NCBI RefSeq assembly: GCF_009914755.1
Contig: NC_060931.1
DNA from: the human T2T-CHM13v2.0 reference genome, Homo sapiens
Reading direction: 5' to 3' (one strand)
DNA: 64,000 nt
Shown piece by piece: positions 1 through 14,334 of this stretch. Each line of letters begins with the position of its first letter. The stretch's first letter is position 1. The notes beneath the pieces are model-generated. The model made no database searches and had not been told where the DNA came from. It worked only from the letters and a program-made list of their open reading frames with translations. The position numbers were made by a program, and so were the translations under genes.

Positions 1-3
1 TAA

Positions 4-313
<310 letters not shown>

Positions 314-317
314 CACA

Positions 318-1670
<1,353 letters not shown>

Positions 1671-1819
1671 TTTAAGAAGAGTTTATGTGTATTTTCTCCT
1701 GTTTGAGCTTTGAAAGAACATTCCAAAGCTCCTAAATGCTTTGGAATCCCAAAGCTCCAAAAATGTTTTCTATTAGAAAACATTTAGAAGTGCTCAAAGT
1801 AGCAAAAGATTTGCCTAGT

Positions 1820-2270
1820 TTTATCGGAAGTATGGAGAAAAGACACAAGATGGCGGTGTTACTCAGAGAAAGCAAAAGTGTATGGCGTCTTTCTCAATAA
1901 AGTCTCATTTCACCTGGCAGTTCTTCACGTCATTGACACGATTGTCCTCAGTACTTTCTTCTCCAGGTGCTTATGGGAGTCTTCTCTAATATACTTAATT
2001 ACTGTCTACACTCAATAACTACGTCACGGATCCTTTAAACATCTCAAGAGCTTTTGTTTTTCTGTTGTTGTTGCAAATAAAAGTGAAAAATGTAAATAGT
2101 TTGCAATCCAGTAATCTATTTCGTTATTAGGGAGACTCATGTCTACTGCGGTTTGTTACTCCATAATGGAAGCCCCTGAGAAGTCGCCTTACCTCTGGGA
2201 AGAGCGCTTTGCTTCCCAGAGAATCTGATTCGCATTTCAGGCAGTCAGCCACTGGAGGGCAGTGCAGAAG
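1820..2270. promoter_or_regulatory. Candidate CTCF/YY1 element
   Basis: ACACAAGATGGCGGTG (1843-1858, YY1/CTCF-like), CCACTGGAGGGCAG (2249-2262, CTCF-like), ETS CGGAAGT (1825-1831); motif evidence only. Confidence 0.4.
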
Positions 2271-2336
2271 CGTGAATGCCCTCACCTGCTCGGAGGCGGG
2301 AAACCCTGCAGCAACTGCGTCTTCTAAGGGAGCCTA

Positions 2337-2762
<426 letters not shown>

Positions 2763-3499
2763 TCAGACGAACTCTAGAACTCTACAGATAACTGTGGACT
2801 CTAGCCTCCATGTACAGAGCAGCTAAGTGCAGACTGGAGAGAGGGCAGGCAGGGGCCGGCCGAGGGCGGGGTCCTACAGGAGGAGGAGGTGCCGGTGAAC
2901 CTCCCATTTCCACGACTTGTACTCTTGGGGCAGCCCCTGGTCTGTGCCACGTGGATGGTGAAAGCTCACATGGAGAACATCCCACTGCCTTGAAGAACCA
3001 GAGGACAAAGTTTAGGACAACCGCAGTCACTGGCTGGGGGGCGGTGTGGGGCAGGGATCGGGGACTGACAAACAGAAGAGCCGGGAGACAGGGAACCTCA
3101 GACCATGAGTAAAGGCTAACTTCCTAGCTGGGCCATGCATGGACCTGACAAGCTTCCCTCGCTAAGGCCCAACCCTGCAGCCCTGATGGCCCTGCTGCCC
3201 CACCCAGGTTCCACACACTGTGGGGAGATAAGCGGAAGCTGGAAGAGGGAAACCCTGGGCTTACAGCCTGGTTCTGCTCCCAACCACTACTGCTAATGTC
3301 TTGAGCTTGTTACCAAAGCTCCCTGAGCTTTAGTTTGTTTTCCAGAGAAAAGATGAAACCAGACCTCTCTCCTAGGGCTGCTTTTGAGGACTACCAGGGA
3401 TAATGTGTGCAAAGCGCCTGACACAGAGGGCTTCACTCTGTCATTAATTTGCTTCCCACCTCTTGTTTGTGGTTTCCCTGGAATCTTGTGACTAACTCC

Positions 3500-4483
3500 T
3501 GTTGCAGGAAGTCAGGGACCCCAAACGGAGGGACCGGCTGAAGCCATGGCAGAAGAACGTGGATTGTGAAGATTTCATGGACACTTATCACTTCCCCAGT
3601 CAATACCCTTGTGCTTGCCTATGCCTGTCTTTACTTTAATCTCTTAATCCTGTCAGCCAAGGAGGATGTATTTCGCTTCAGGACCATGTGATAATTGCGT
3701 TAACTGCACAAATTGTACAGCATGTGTGTTTGAGCAATATGAAATCTGAGCACCTTGAAAAAAGAGCAGGATAACAGCAATTGTTCAGGGAATAAGAGAG
3801 ATAACCTTAAACTCTTGACCGCCGGTGAGCTGGGCAGAACAGAACCATATTTCTCTTCTTCCAAAAGCAAATGGGAGAAATATCTCTGAATTCTTTTTCT
3901 CAGCATGGAACGTCCCTGAGAAAGAGAATGTGCGCCTGGAGGTATAGGCTTATAAACAGCCCCCCCGCCAGGTGCACCTGTCTCTTATGGTCGAGGCTGC
4001 AGAGATGAAATATACTCCAGTCTCCCATAGTGCTCCCAGGCTTATTAGGAAGAGGAAATTCCCACCTAATAAATTTTGATCAGACCAGTTGATCACAAAA
4101 CCCTGTCTCCTGATAAGATGTTATCAATGACAATGGTGCCTGAAACTTCATTAGCAATTTTAATTTCGCCTGGGTGCTGTGGTCCTGTGATCTCGCCCTG
4201 CCTCCACTTGCCCTGTGATATTCTATTACCCTGTTAAGTCCGTGATGTCTGTCACCCATACCTATTCACACACTCCCTCCCCTTTTGAAAATCCCTAATA
4301 AAAACTTGCTGGTTTTTGTGGCTTGTGGGGCATCATGGATCCTACCAACGTGTGATGTCTCCCCAGGACGCCCAGCTTTAAAATTTCTCTCTTTTGTACT
4401 CTGTCCCTTTATTTCTCAAGCCGGCCGACGCTTAGGAAAAATAGAAAAGAACCCACGTGATTATCAGGGCAGGTCCCCCGATA
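3500..4483 (+). mobile_element. MER11 solo LTR (HERV-K11/HML-8)
   Basis: Starts TGTTGCAGGAAGTCAGGGACCCC, ends GTCCCCCGATA; perfect 6-bp TSD AACTCC (3494-3499/4484-4489), the ERV-K TSD length. Confidence 0.92.
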
Positions 4484-6250
4484 AACTCCGTTTCTGAGAT
4501 CAGTTCTAGTGGCAACCCTCCAAGTCAGCTAGGCCTCAGTTCCTGATCTTACCCGTAAACGCAGTGAGTTTGCTTCTCACAAGCTTTGGTTATCTTGTCT
4601 GTCTCCCTTTTTGAAATCCAGGTTTGAAGACTATTCGGCCATGCTTTTGCAGTGAGCACCAGCTTGCTAGAGCCCCTGGGGGGCCGCAGCCAGCAAGCTG
4701 GAGAGTTACCAATGTTCCAAGAATGTTTCAGAACCACTTGCTTTGTCAAAGCTTGGCCTTGTGGACTTCCCGTTTTACATGAGATTCTCTAGTCTTTGCC
4801 CATCTTCATTTCCTATTGCCTCCTATATATTTTTTTCTTTTTCTTTCTTTCTTTCTTTCTTTTTTTTTTGTCAGTGGCAACTTTTACATGATTTTCTGTG
4901 ATCATGCACACAGGGACTAAAAGCACTCACTCTCTCTGCATCTGGGACCCGTCCTCTCCTCTACCTCTCACTGCAGTCAATGGTGTTTGCTCCTCTGCCC
5001 TTTGCTCTTGCTGGGCCATGGTGACAGCTTCCTGGCTAGGTTCTCTGCCTTCATTCATGGCCCTGTGTGCCATTTTCCCCGACATCCAAGACTTAAACTT
5101 TTAAATATGGTCATCACATCATGTTAACTCTTCACTTTCACTTCTCGCGTAGCTGCTTGCTGTAGCTGGAGTCAAATCTACCCTCCAAAGACCCCCGGCT
5201 CCCTCTCTTCCCCTGACTGGCTGTGCTCTGGCTCTTTCCGACCACACGTGTGTCAAGCTCCTACTATCATCCAGGCCTCCCCACGTGCTTGTCCTGTGCT
5301 CTAATCGTCTTTCTACACCCAGCTGCTGCCTTTTATCATTCCTGCTTTGGTTCTATCACCGTCTCCTCAAAGAGGTCTTCCCGGCTGTCCCAACTGAAGT
5401 AGTCCTCACTTAGCCTCAGCCCCTGTGTAAGCCATGGCAACGTTTCATTTCCTTCATCACACTTAGCACTGTTGAAAATTGTCTTTATTTATTTGTTCCA
5501 GCACCACAAAGTTCAGGTGTAAAATAGAGTTTACTGGAGGAAAACAAGCCAAGAAGTAGTGGGTTGCACGGTCTCCTTAAGTCGTGTTACTCCTTAGCTC
5601 TTAGACAGGATATACACAGTCTGGTGCATCAGGGCCAAGGCACCAGCAAGGAAGGACAATGTCCCCATGATGCTCTGTATATTTATGGTGTGTATTTAAG
5701 AGAAGGGAGCAGGGGATATCTGTGGGACCACACACGTTCTCTAGTTGAGAAAGTGGCCTTGTTGGAAGGGAAGGTCCTCCAGAACCTGGCAACCAGACAC
5801 TGACCCGTCCTCCTATTAGGCTCGGGTAGAGCGCCTACCAAGTACTCTGCTGAGCTATTATATAAAGGCAGGGAGGAAGTGAGTCCCTGGGGCCATGCTC
5901 TTCTGCCTCTCCTGAGTAAAATATAAGCCCCATTAAGAAACAGAGCTTATCTTGTTTACCACTACAATAATACCAGGCACGTAGAAAGGCAATCAAAAAA
6001 TATTTATTGAGTGAATGGGAGAATAGCAGAATGAGTAATAATAAAATCATGATTCAAAAGTAACTGAAATTCAGAGAGAAAGACCAACTTTACTAGAAAT
6101 GGTATCTTGGTAGTGACCTGGAGCTGATGGGGAGGGGGTGTCTAATTTACTGCAGCATTGTAACTGCGCATAGAAGGCACAGCAGGAGGGCAGCCACTGA
6201 TGTGGCTCCAACTCTTAGAGGTTCCTTTCCTGGTTTTAAATACATGCCAT

Positions 6251-6593
<343 letters not shown>

Positions 6594-7399
6594 TCATTTA
6601 CGGAATTACCACTGTCAAGTTGACATGTGCTGTCTCTTAAATTACTCTTCGGTATGAGAAGCAAAGTTGCATGTTTATTTTTGTCAGAGAAAGAGACTGG
6701 GATTCTTTGGAAGACATAGGCCAATTGCCCTTCATACCAAGAAAAATCTTTCTCATTCTGACTGTTTTGTTTGTCTCAAACCAGCATCACAGACTGCCCT
6801 GGATGGGTTTTGGCAACAAGAGTGATAATGAAGTCATTTCCATGGTGATAAGGTCAACGTTCTTAATGCTTACTGCATCACAATCAATTTTTGAAATGTT
6901 TCTAAATTAGAAAAGTGAAAAAACTTGTTAAATGAAGGAAAAGTGTACGATGAGCTAAATGCTGAGGAGAATGACTAATACTCTGCATGAAATACTCATC
7001 AAGCACTTGATCACATGCACCTCTGGAGGGTTTCTTATTAGAAGACACTTCCCTGGAGATGAAGTCATTCTGGTTGCCCCCATTTCACAAATACCAACCT
7101 TGGAATAGATATTATTGACTTGTAAAATGGACAAAATTTGTTTTCAAAATGTCAATAAAAACTATTAAGTAAGCAAAACAAATCTTTAGCAGTCTCTATC
7201 ATGGCCCATTAGTGGAATTACTTTTCTCCACCAATGTAATAATCTGTGTTTCAGGTCTCTTAGGAACTGAAAAAATTACATATAATGGAGAAATTATACC
7301 TATTAGGTCACTATGTGTTTCTACAAGTCAAGTAGTCTGTTGCGGTAGCTTTAAAGCAATTTTCTCAAGCTAATGATTAGTTTAGCACGGTCTTATCCT

Positions 7400-7990
7400 C
7401 TCTGACATTTTACACTCCTGACGACTTTTTTCTTAGAATTCTCCTTAGCGCCATGTTTCCCCATTTTGATGCTGCTCTTTTCCTGCTCCCTGTTGGGGCT
7501 TTTAAGTGATGTTTCTTTCTTTGATCACCTCCTGAACATCAATGATAGTCCCCATTTAATCCATTCTCCTCTTATACTTGACACTTTTTTTTTAACCTCA
7601 TCTGATCACATAGATTCAAATTTCACTTAAATATAGGCTTTCAGTCAAACTTCTCAATAACGTTTGTAGCCATATCTAAAACTGGACTCATCTCCACTCA
7701 ACAGTCCCCCAGGTTCCTCACACTCAACTCACCCACAGCTCCTCCGTCCCCACCACCAACTCCAGGTGCTTCCTTGATGTCCACATTGGGATGGATGTGA
7801 TTCACTTTCCAATGCTAAGTGTGGGAACCTTTCTGCATCCCACCCTTTCACTCACCACCGTTCTCAGAATCCAGCCATCAACCCAGCAGCCTGCAATTCC
7901 TTAGGATCTTTTCTTTTTTCCTTCCTATATATCTTATTCCAACCGGAACCACTGTAAGGCTCATGCCTGGTCTCCCTAAGCTCAGAAGGC
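7400..7990. mobile_element. Degraded L2 fragment
   Basis: Pyrimidine-rich L2-like text (CTGGACTCATCTCCACTC..CTCACACTCAAC); boundaries approximate. Confidence 0.5.
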
Positions 7991-8781
7991 ACTCAGCTTC
8001 CAGCTGGGAGGAGCGGGCCTCAGTCACCAAGTCTCCTCAAGCCTCTTTGACGAGATGAGGTGGGACCTCTTCAATATTAATATGGCTCTACATTCATTAT
8101 ACTTAAATTACAGAGAGTTTATCAGGAAGAAATACAATTTATGCTAGTAAATATTTCTTCTATATAAAAAATGTGAAAGAATTTGGGAATAAAAACCATG
8201 GAAGTGAAAGATATGAATCCTGACCTTCAGAAGGAGTGGGAGTGGGTGAGAAACCAAGATTGCAGTGACCTGGGTCTGGATTTTAGCTCCTCCATTTGTT
8301 TGACTGGGGCAAGATATTTTAGTTTTGGTTTCTTTGTAAAATGAAGAGGAACACTTCAGTCAAAGGTACGTTTTGACATTTAAATTATATTGCATATGAA
8401 GCATACATCCCCAAAACTTGGACATGGTAGATTCTCATCAAATCATAATTATTATAACTTAGAAGCACAAGACTTTCATAATTGAAAAGTAAAATATCAG
8501 CAATAGTTTAAAATAACAGTTTAAGTAAACAATAATAGAAACGCCATGAGGAATCCACCCTGTCTGCCAAGGAACAGTGCGGACAGCCATTCCTCAAGGA
8601 GCCCAGATTGTCTGGAGCGGAAAGAAATTACAGACAGGAAACCCCTACCTAGACACAGCAGCACCACACACCAAATGTTCTCTGACTCCTCAGCTCCTGA
8701 AAAAGAAGATTTTGCTACACAAAGCAAAAAAAAAAAAAAGAGAAAGTTTTATAGATTTTTATGGTCTTTAAATAAGATTAG

Positions 8782-9095
8782 GGCCAGGCCCGGTGGCTCA
8801 CGCCTATAATTCCAGCACTTTGGGAGGCTGAGGCAGGCGAATCACAAGGTCAGGAGTTCGAGACCAGCCTGACCAACATGGTGAAACCCCATCTCTACTA
8901 AAAATACAAAAAATTAGCTGGGCGTTGTGGTGCATGCCTGTAATCCCAGCTGCTCAGGAAGCTGAGGCAGGAGAATCGCTTGAACCCGGGAGGCCAAAGT
9001 TGCAGTGAGCTGAGATTATACCACTGCACTCCAGACTGGGTGACAGAGCGAGACTCCGTCTCAGGGAAAAAAAAAAAAAAATTGAAAAGTTAAAA
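8782..9095 (+). mobile_element. Alu (AluSg/Sx-like)
   Basis: Full dimer; ATAAGATTA on both flanks. Confidence 0.95.
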
Positions 9096-9125
9096 GATAA
9101 GATTACTCTAAGACTCACCTCTCAC

Positions 9126-9176
9126 CTGTACCCAGGGACTTCTAGGTTTGAAAGCATTTCCACCACTACTGATGAT
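9126..9176 (-). other. Candidate 51-nt internal exon of a minus-strand transcript
   Basis: Acceptor CTTTCCCCAGTGTCTCCCTTAG; donor CAG|GTGAGA with a second donor GAG|GTGAGT 7 nt downstream. Confidence 0.35.
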
Positions 9177-10024
9177 CTAAGGGAGACACTGGGGAAAGTA
9201 TAGCTGCATAATCCTTCCCTGTGGGTGTCACTCCCTAACCTCCAGGCTCTCCTGGGTGTGGACTGGTTGGGGGAGATGATTGGAAACTGCCATTTGTGTC
9301 TACTGCGCACAATGATAAGAGATAAACTTGGCTGGGGCTATTAGAGGTCGTTTATTTAGTTCAACATTTCGTATACTAAAGAGGAAACCCAAGTTCAGAC
9401 CGGCTGAGTTGGAAAAGTCACCTAGCTACTGGAAGCAGAGCCAGGCCTAGATCTCCTAGTCCAAAACTTCTTTTCTCCCACACCACAGCTGCTGCTTTAC
9501 ATTACTGGGGTTTTGGAATTTTACTCATTCAAATGCAAATGTTTTGTGTGCTTCTTTAATGGGACATTTTTTGTCTTACTTTACTAAGTAAAGTACAGAG
9601 TGAATGAGAGTGGATTGGAGGTGTTGAAATCGTCAACCTCTTTTAAAGCATCGTTATTTTTCCTTTGTTTCTCTTTATGATGTGAAACACTTACTTCTTT
9701 TTCTTCCCAGCTTGAATTGGAGACAGCAGCACAGATAACTTGACTTTCTTGTTCTAGTGGATGATGCAAGTAGTGAGGATGCGATTAACGAAATCAATGG
9801 CTCATGGGAAAGCCTTCCCATTTCCAATCTCACCCCTACTTTAGGATATGGTCCAGTGAATCCGTTGCTATGAAACAGTGCTGCAGCTGGGCTCAGTGGG
9901 GGTCTGGGTGGTCTCACAAAAGCTAGCAATAGTTGTAACTTGGAGAAATTAGAAGTGTTACGGGCCGTCCAATATCACATCACTGGGATAAGTCATGATC
10001 GTGTGACTTCATAAAGTTTGCCAT

Positions 10025-10400
10025 TGACCCATTCATCAATTGGTTATTGAAGTCATACTATATTCCAGGTATTGTATTAGGTTCCAGAGATACACTGTCC
10101 TTGCTCCATAGTCCACATGGACAAATCAGCGAGTGATCGTGATGTGATGTGGTGGATGCTGTGATGGAGAAAGACGAAGTGAAAATATTCATGCATCAGA
10201 GTGGCATCTAACCCATCTTCCGAGGTCAGGGAAGGCTTTTTGGAAGAGATGATATTTAAGCAGAAACCTGAAGAATAAAATAGATGGCACAGGTGAAAAG
10301 GTGGAATAGAGGATGTTCCTAGCAGAAGAAGCTGTATTGTATGTCAAAGGCTCAGAGGCATCAGAGAACCGGCAGAACGCAGGGAAGTACAAGCGCACAG
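10025..10400 (-). mobile_element. L2 3' fragment
   Basis: CATTCATCAATTGGTTATTGAAG..TATTCCAGGTATTGTATTAGG..GTCAGGGAAGGCTTTTTGGAAGAGATGATATTTAAGCAGAAACCTGAAG is typical antisense L2. Confidence 0.7.
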
Positions 10401-11258
10401 TGTGCCGAGAGCACAGGATACAGGTGCAAGATTGGGAGGAGGAGGTGTCCACAGATGGGGTGGAAGCACTGCACAGCCTCCAAAGCTGTACACAGCCTCT
10501 CCTTGTCTGCCACAGGACTTTGCGTGTGACCACTGCACCTCCAGGAAGGCCAGGTGCACATCGCTTCCCATGCGCCCGGCCTCATGGCCTTTGGGGGTTG
10601 TCGTGTGGAATGGAGATGACACGAGTGCTGCATGTGAGGTCAGGGAATTGGGTATGCATGTCACCACTCAGAATGGGGCTCCTGGGTGGTGGAGGGAGTG
10701 CAGTTTTCTGCAGTATCTTTGAGCAAGGACAAAATGGCAACAGAGGAGTAGCTGCAACTAATAGAAAGATTTCAACTAGCAATAGCTTAAAGAAGGTAGA
10801 AGTCTTTTCCTCGCATGGGAAGGCAGCCTGCATACAGGCAGCCTGGGCCTTTTGTGGCAGCCACACAGCGTCCTCTGAAAGGGCAACTCGCCTCCCAGGT
10901 TTCTGAAGCCTAGTTCTCCGCATGTGGCTTCTACCCTGGGGCTGTGTAAACGTCAGCATTCTAGCATGGAGCTGGGCTGGACAGGTAGCAGCCCTTTCCC
11001 TAAGGCTAATGCATTTCTTGTTTCTCTCCAGGTCAGTCAGGATCTTTGATTTTGGAGCACAAGCCTTCTGCGTGCTACTGACTGGGTCCTGGCCTCCCTC
11101 CTTCCATGGCATCGTCGTGAATGGGAATTTCCACCACTGCCTCCATTAGGTAACTATGGTGAGCCTGGCAATCGCTTACTATTATTTCCAGTGCTGCTGT
11201 TTTTGTCTTTTTAAAAATTATTCTTTATTTTTAACATTGTATTTTTAAATAATTTTGG

Positions 11259-11565
11259 GGCTGGGCGCGGTGGCTCACGCCTATAATCCCAGCACTTTGG
11301 GAGGCCGAGGCAGGCGGATCACAACGTCAGGAGATTGAGACCATCCTGGCTAACACAGTGAAACCCTGTCTCTACTAAAAATACCAAAAAAATTAGCCAG
11401 GCCTGGTGGCGGGCACCTATAGTCCCAGCTACTCAGGAGGCTGAGGCAGGAGAATGGCGTGAACCCGGGAGGCAGAGCTTGCAGTGAGCTGAGATCACAC
11501 CACTGCACTGCAGCCTGGGCGAAAGAGTGAGACTCCGTCTCATAAATAAATAAATAAATAAATGA
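11259..11565 (+). mobile_element. Alu (AluY/Sc8-like) with (TAAA)n tail
   Basis: GGCGTGAACCCGGGAGGCAGAGCTTGCAG diagnostic; TSD AATAATT(T/G)TGG. Confidence 0.95.
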
Positions 11566-11574
11566 ATAATTGTG

Positions 11575-12090
11575 GACACAAAAAGTTACAAAAATACTAC
11601 AAAAAATTCCCATATACCCTTTTCGTACCTTCCCAAAATGTCACTATCCTAAATAACTGTAGTATAATCATCAAAGCCAGGAACTCAAATTGATAGAATA
11701 CTAGAAATACATCCATATACCTTATTCAAATTGCAGTGTCCCACTAATGTCCTTTTTCAGGATCCAGACCAGGACCACAAGTGGCATTTAGTTGTCATGT
11801 CTCAGTCTCCCGCAACATGACTATTGTGCCTTCTAAATGCATCATATCAGACTGTGTATGATCTTACACTTTGATGCCTTGGTTAAGGTAGTATATGGCA
11901 GGTTTCTCCACCATAACATTTACTATTTTTCCTGTTGCAATTATTAAATATCTTGTAGAGAGCTACACTGAAACTAAGCAAATGTCCTGTTTCTCGTTAT
12001 ACGTCTCTCCTGCCCAGCTGGTTTTAACACCTGTTGATGACTTTTGCCTGCAACAGCTGCTCCTGTGGTATTTGTCAAATAGTGATTTTG
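11575..12090 (-). mobile_element. Old L1MC-type 3' fragment
   Basis: GTCCCACTAATGTCCTTTTT..GGCATTTAGTTGTCATGTCTC..GGCAGGTTTCTCCACCATAA motifs. Confidence 0.65.
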
Positions 12091-12949
12091 TTGTGGTCTT
12101 TTAAAGTGCCATCATGGGCACACAATCCACAGCTGGGTTTGAGAATGTCCAGGAGTTAACTCTTGTCAGACCACTATCCCCTGTGGTCCCTGGTCCTTCA
12201 AGGTCTGCTATGCTGACACGGGCCCTTCAAGGCTTCCCTGCGAAAGCCAGCCCCAGGCAATAGCACTGTTCCAGGCTCCATTTTCTGCTTATTCTCTACC
12301 TGCTGCTTCTGCTCTTCTTTCTCTTCTGGATCCAGACTCTGGGGGTTATTCCTGGAATAAATCTAGATCTGAGGTTGGGCTTTGCATGTTTTTGGTGCAA
12401 CACCCCATCGTCTGTCCTCCTGGGTTTATTAAACCTGAACTCCACCTTCCTCCTCCCCTAACACAGTCCTCTGAAGTTGGAGTCTATCACAGCCTTCATC
12501 ATGCAGGTCATTTACGGAGGTCCAGCTCTTCAAATCTCTGTGCATTTGTGGAGGTGTTCTCTAACATTTTCTCTTTGGAAGACTAAGAGCCAATATTGGA
12601 CAAATTATTCATGTACTTGGGAATTTGTAGACATAGTCAAATTGAATAAGTGATTATTTTGTCATTAAAAAGAAACTATGCTCACCCCTGATTATCCACC
12701 AAGGAATGATGGGAGTTGAGGAAAGGGGTGGAAGGGCAAGTCCCACAGAGGAGTAGGTCAAAATCTCCTTGGAGAACTAGGCATACTATTTTTATGTTCA
12801 TCAGAAGTATGCACTGATCAAAAAGGCTGAGAAATTGTCTTCGCACAAAGTAGACTACTTTGAAGATCTAGATGTGAGTATAATTGAGACAGGATTGGGG
12901 TGAAGGAGTCAAGCTAGTCTCAGCAATTGCAGCATAAAACAGGAGGAAT

Positions 12950-13150
12950 GCAATAATAACAATGAGATCTTTACTGAGTCCTTACTAACTCATTTAACCT
13001 CCACAGCAACCTAGGGCAGTAGGTAAAATTGCTGTTCTCATTTTAGAGCTGTGGGTTCAGAGTGACGAGGTAATCAAAGGGCACTCAGGCAATTACTTGG
13101 GGAGCCAATACTGCAGCCCAAAGCATCTGACTCCAGCACTCACATCCTGA
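12950..13150. mobile_element. MIR fragment
   Basis: CTCATTTAACCTCCACAGCAACCCTAGG-like core..CTCATTTTAGAG..GGGTTCAGAG. Confidence 0.65.
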
Positions 13151-14298
13151 TCATTGCCGACCATGCCTGGCCAGGTATGAAACAGAATGAGGTTTCGCTG
13201 TGATCTGGGGGGACGTGGTTTGTAAGGGTGCCTGCACCCGTGCCTGTCACAGAGCACACTTCCCATTGGGAACATCCCTGTCGACACTGCTGGCCACCAT
13301 GGCGCCCTCTGGCTTCCTGCCCACAACAGGAACAGACCGTGGCCTCCTTGGTGATGGTGGATCTTACTTTGGCTATTGCATCACTGCTCACTTACCCTCA
13401 TCTCACCTAACCAGTAAGTCCACATGTGGGATCCCTGTCCCTACCACACACACATCCATTCAGGACAGGAAGTGCATGATGTGACTCACGAGCAGAGGGA
13501 AAGGGAATTGCGCTCAGCTGGTAAAGGCAAAGAAAGAACAAATAGAGGCTATAGCCACCAAGAAGAAGAAGAGAAGAGAAAGGACCAAGGCTAATAAGCA
13601 CTGAGATGGCCTTGCTTCTTGTTAAAATATTGAGATGTTTCCAACTGCTTGGTAAATGGCCACTGCTCCAAGCCCACCCCCTTCCTAGTGCCCTGTCACC
13701 CTATCACTGTCTTTCCCCTTTCCAGCAGTTACAGAATTCAGAATGGTTTAATTCAGAATGGTTAGGTCCTAACCACTTGAATATTTTAAGTATTACCCCA
13801 GAAGAGAACTAAAACCAAACATTTGGCAAAAGTAGATTTTATCTACCTTTCATTGCCTTACTCCAGAGCGCGATTTCTGTGGCGCACAATTCCTCTCCCT
13901 GTCAAAATGCTCTTCCCCTTGGCAGCTTTTATCCTGCAACGCGGTTGCTGAAGATTCTGCTTTCACTCCCCTTCCTTGGGAAAGGCCCAGCAGAGAGGAC
14001 CTTCCAACCAAACTGCCCTTAGCCATTCAGCATGGCCTTGCTGCCTAGAAGTTCACCCTCTTGGCAACTGTGGCCTACACTGTCCCAGCACGGACCCACG
14101 GCAGAAGAGGGCCCTCATGCACTCTGCACCCCTGTCAGACTTCTGTGAAATTAATGGCTCAGATAGCAAAGAAACCCAGTTCAGCCACCAAACTACTTAA
14201 AAGGCAGTTACAATCAAGGCATAAGATGTGATAATTTGATACACATATTCATTGTGTAATAATTTTCACATTAACACATCCATGTCCCCCAGTAGTTA

Positions 14299-14300
<2 letters not shown>

Positions 14301-14333
<33 letters not shown>
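14301..14333. repeat. (GT)16 microsatellite within an old L1 3'-end fragment (~14190-14345)
   Basis: Direct reading. Confidence 0.95.

Positions 14334-14334
<1 letters not shown>

Noticed and set aside
5856-5885. TATATAAAG box with nearby ETS and donor-like GTGAGT
   Set aside because: Single motif with no other promoter support; common by chance
10313-10906. 197-aa ORF, longest in the window
   Set aside because: Begins in an L2 remnant, no recognisable domain, similar-length ORFs on the opposite strand
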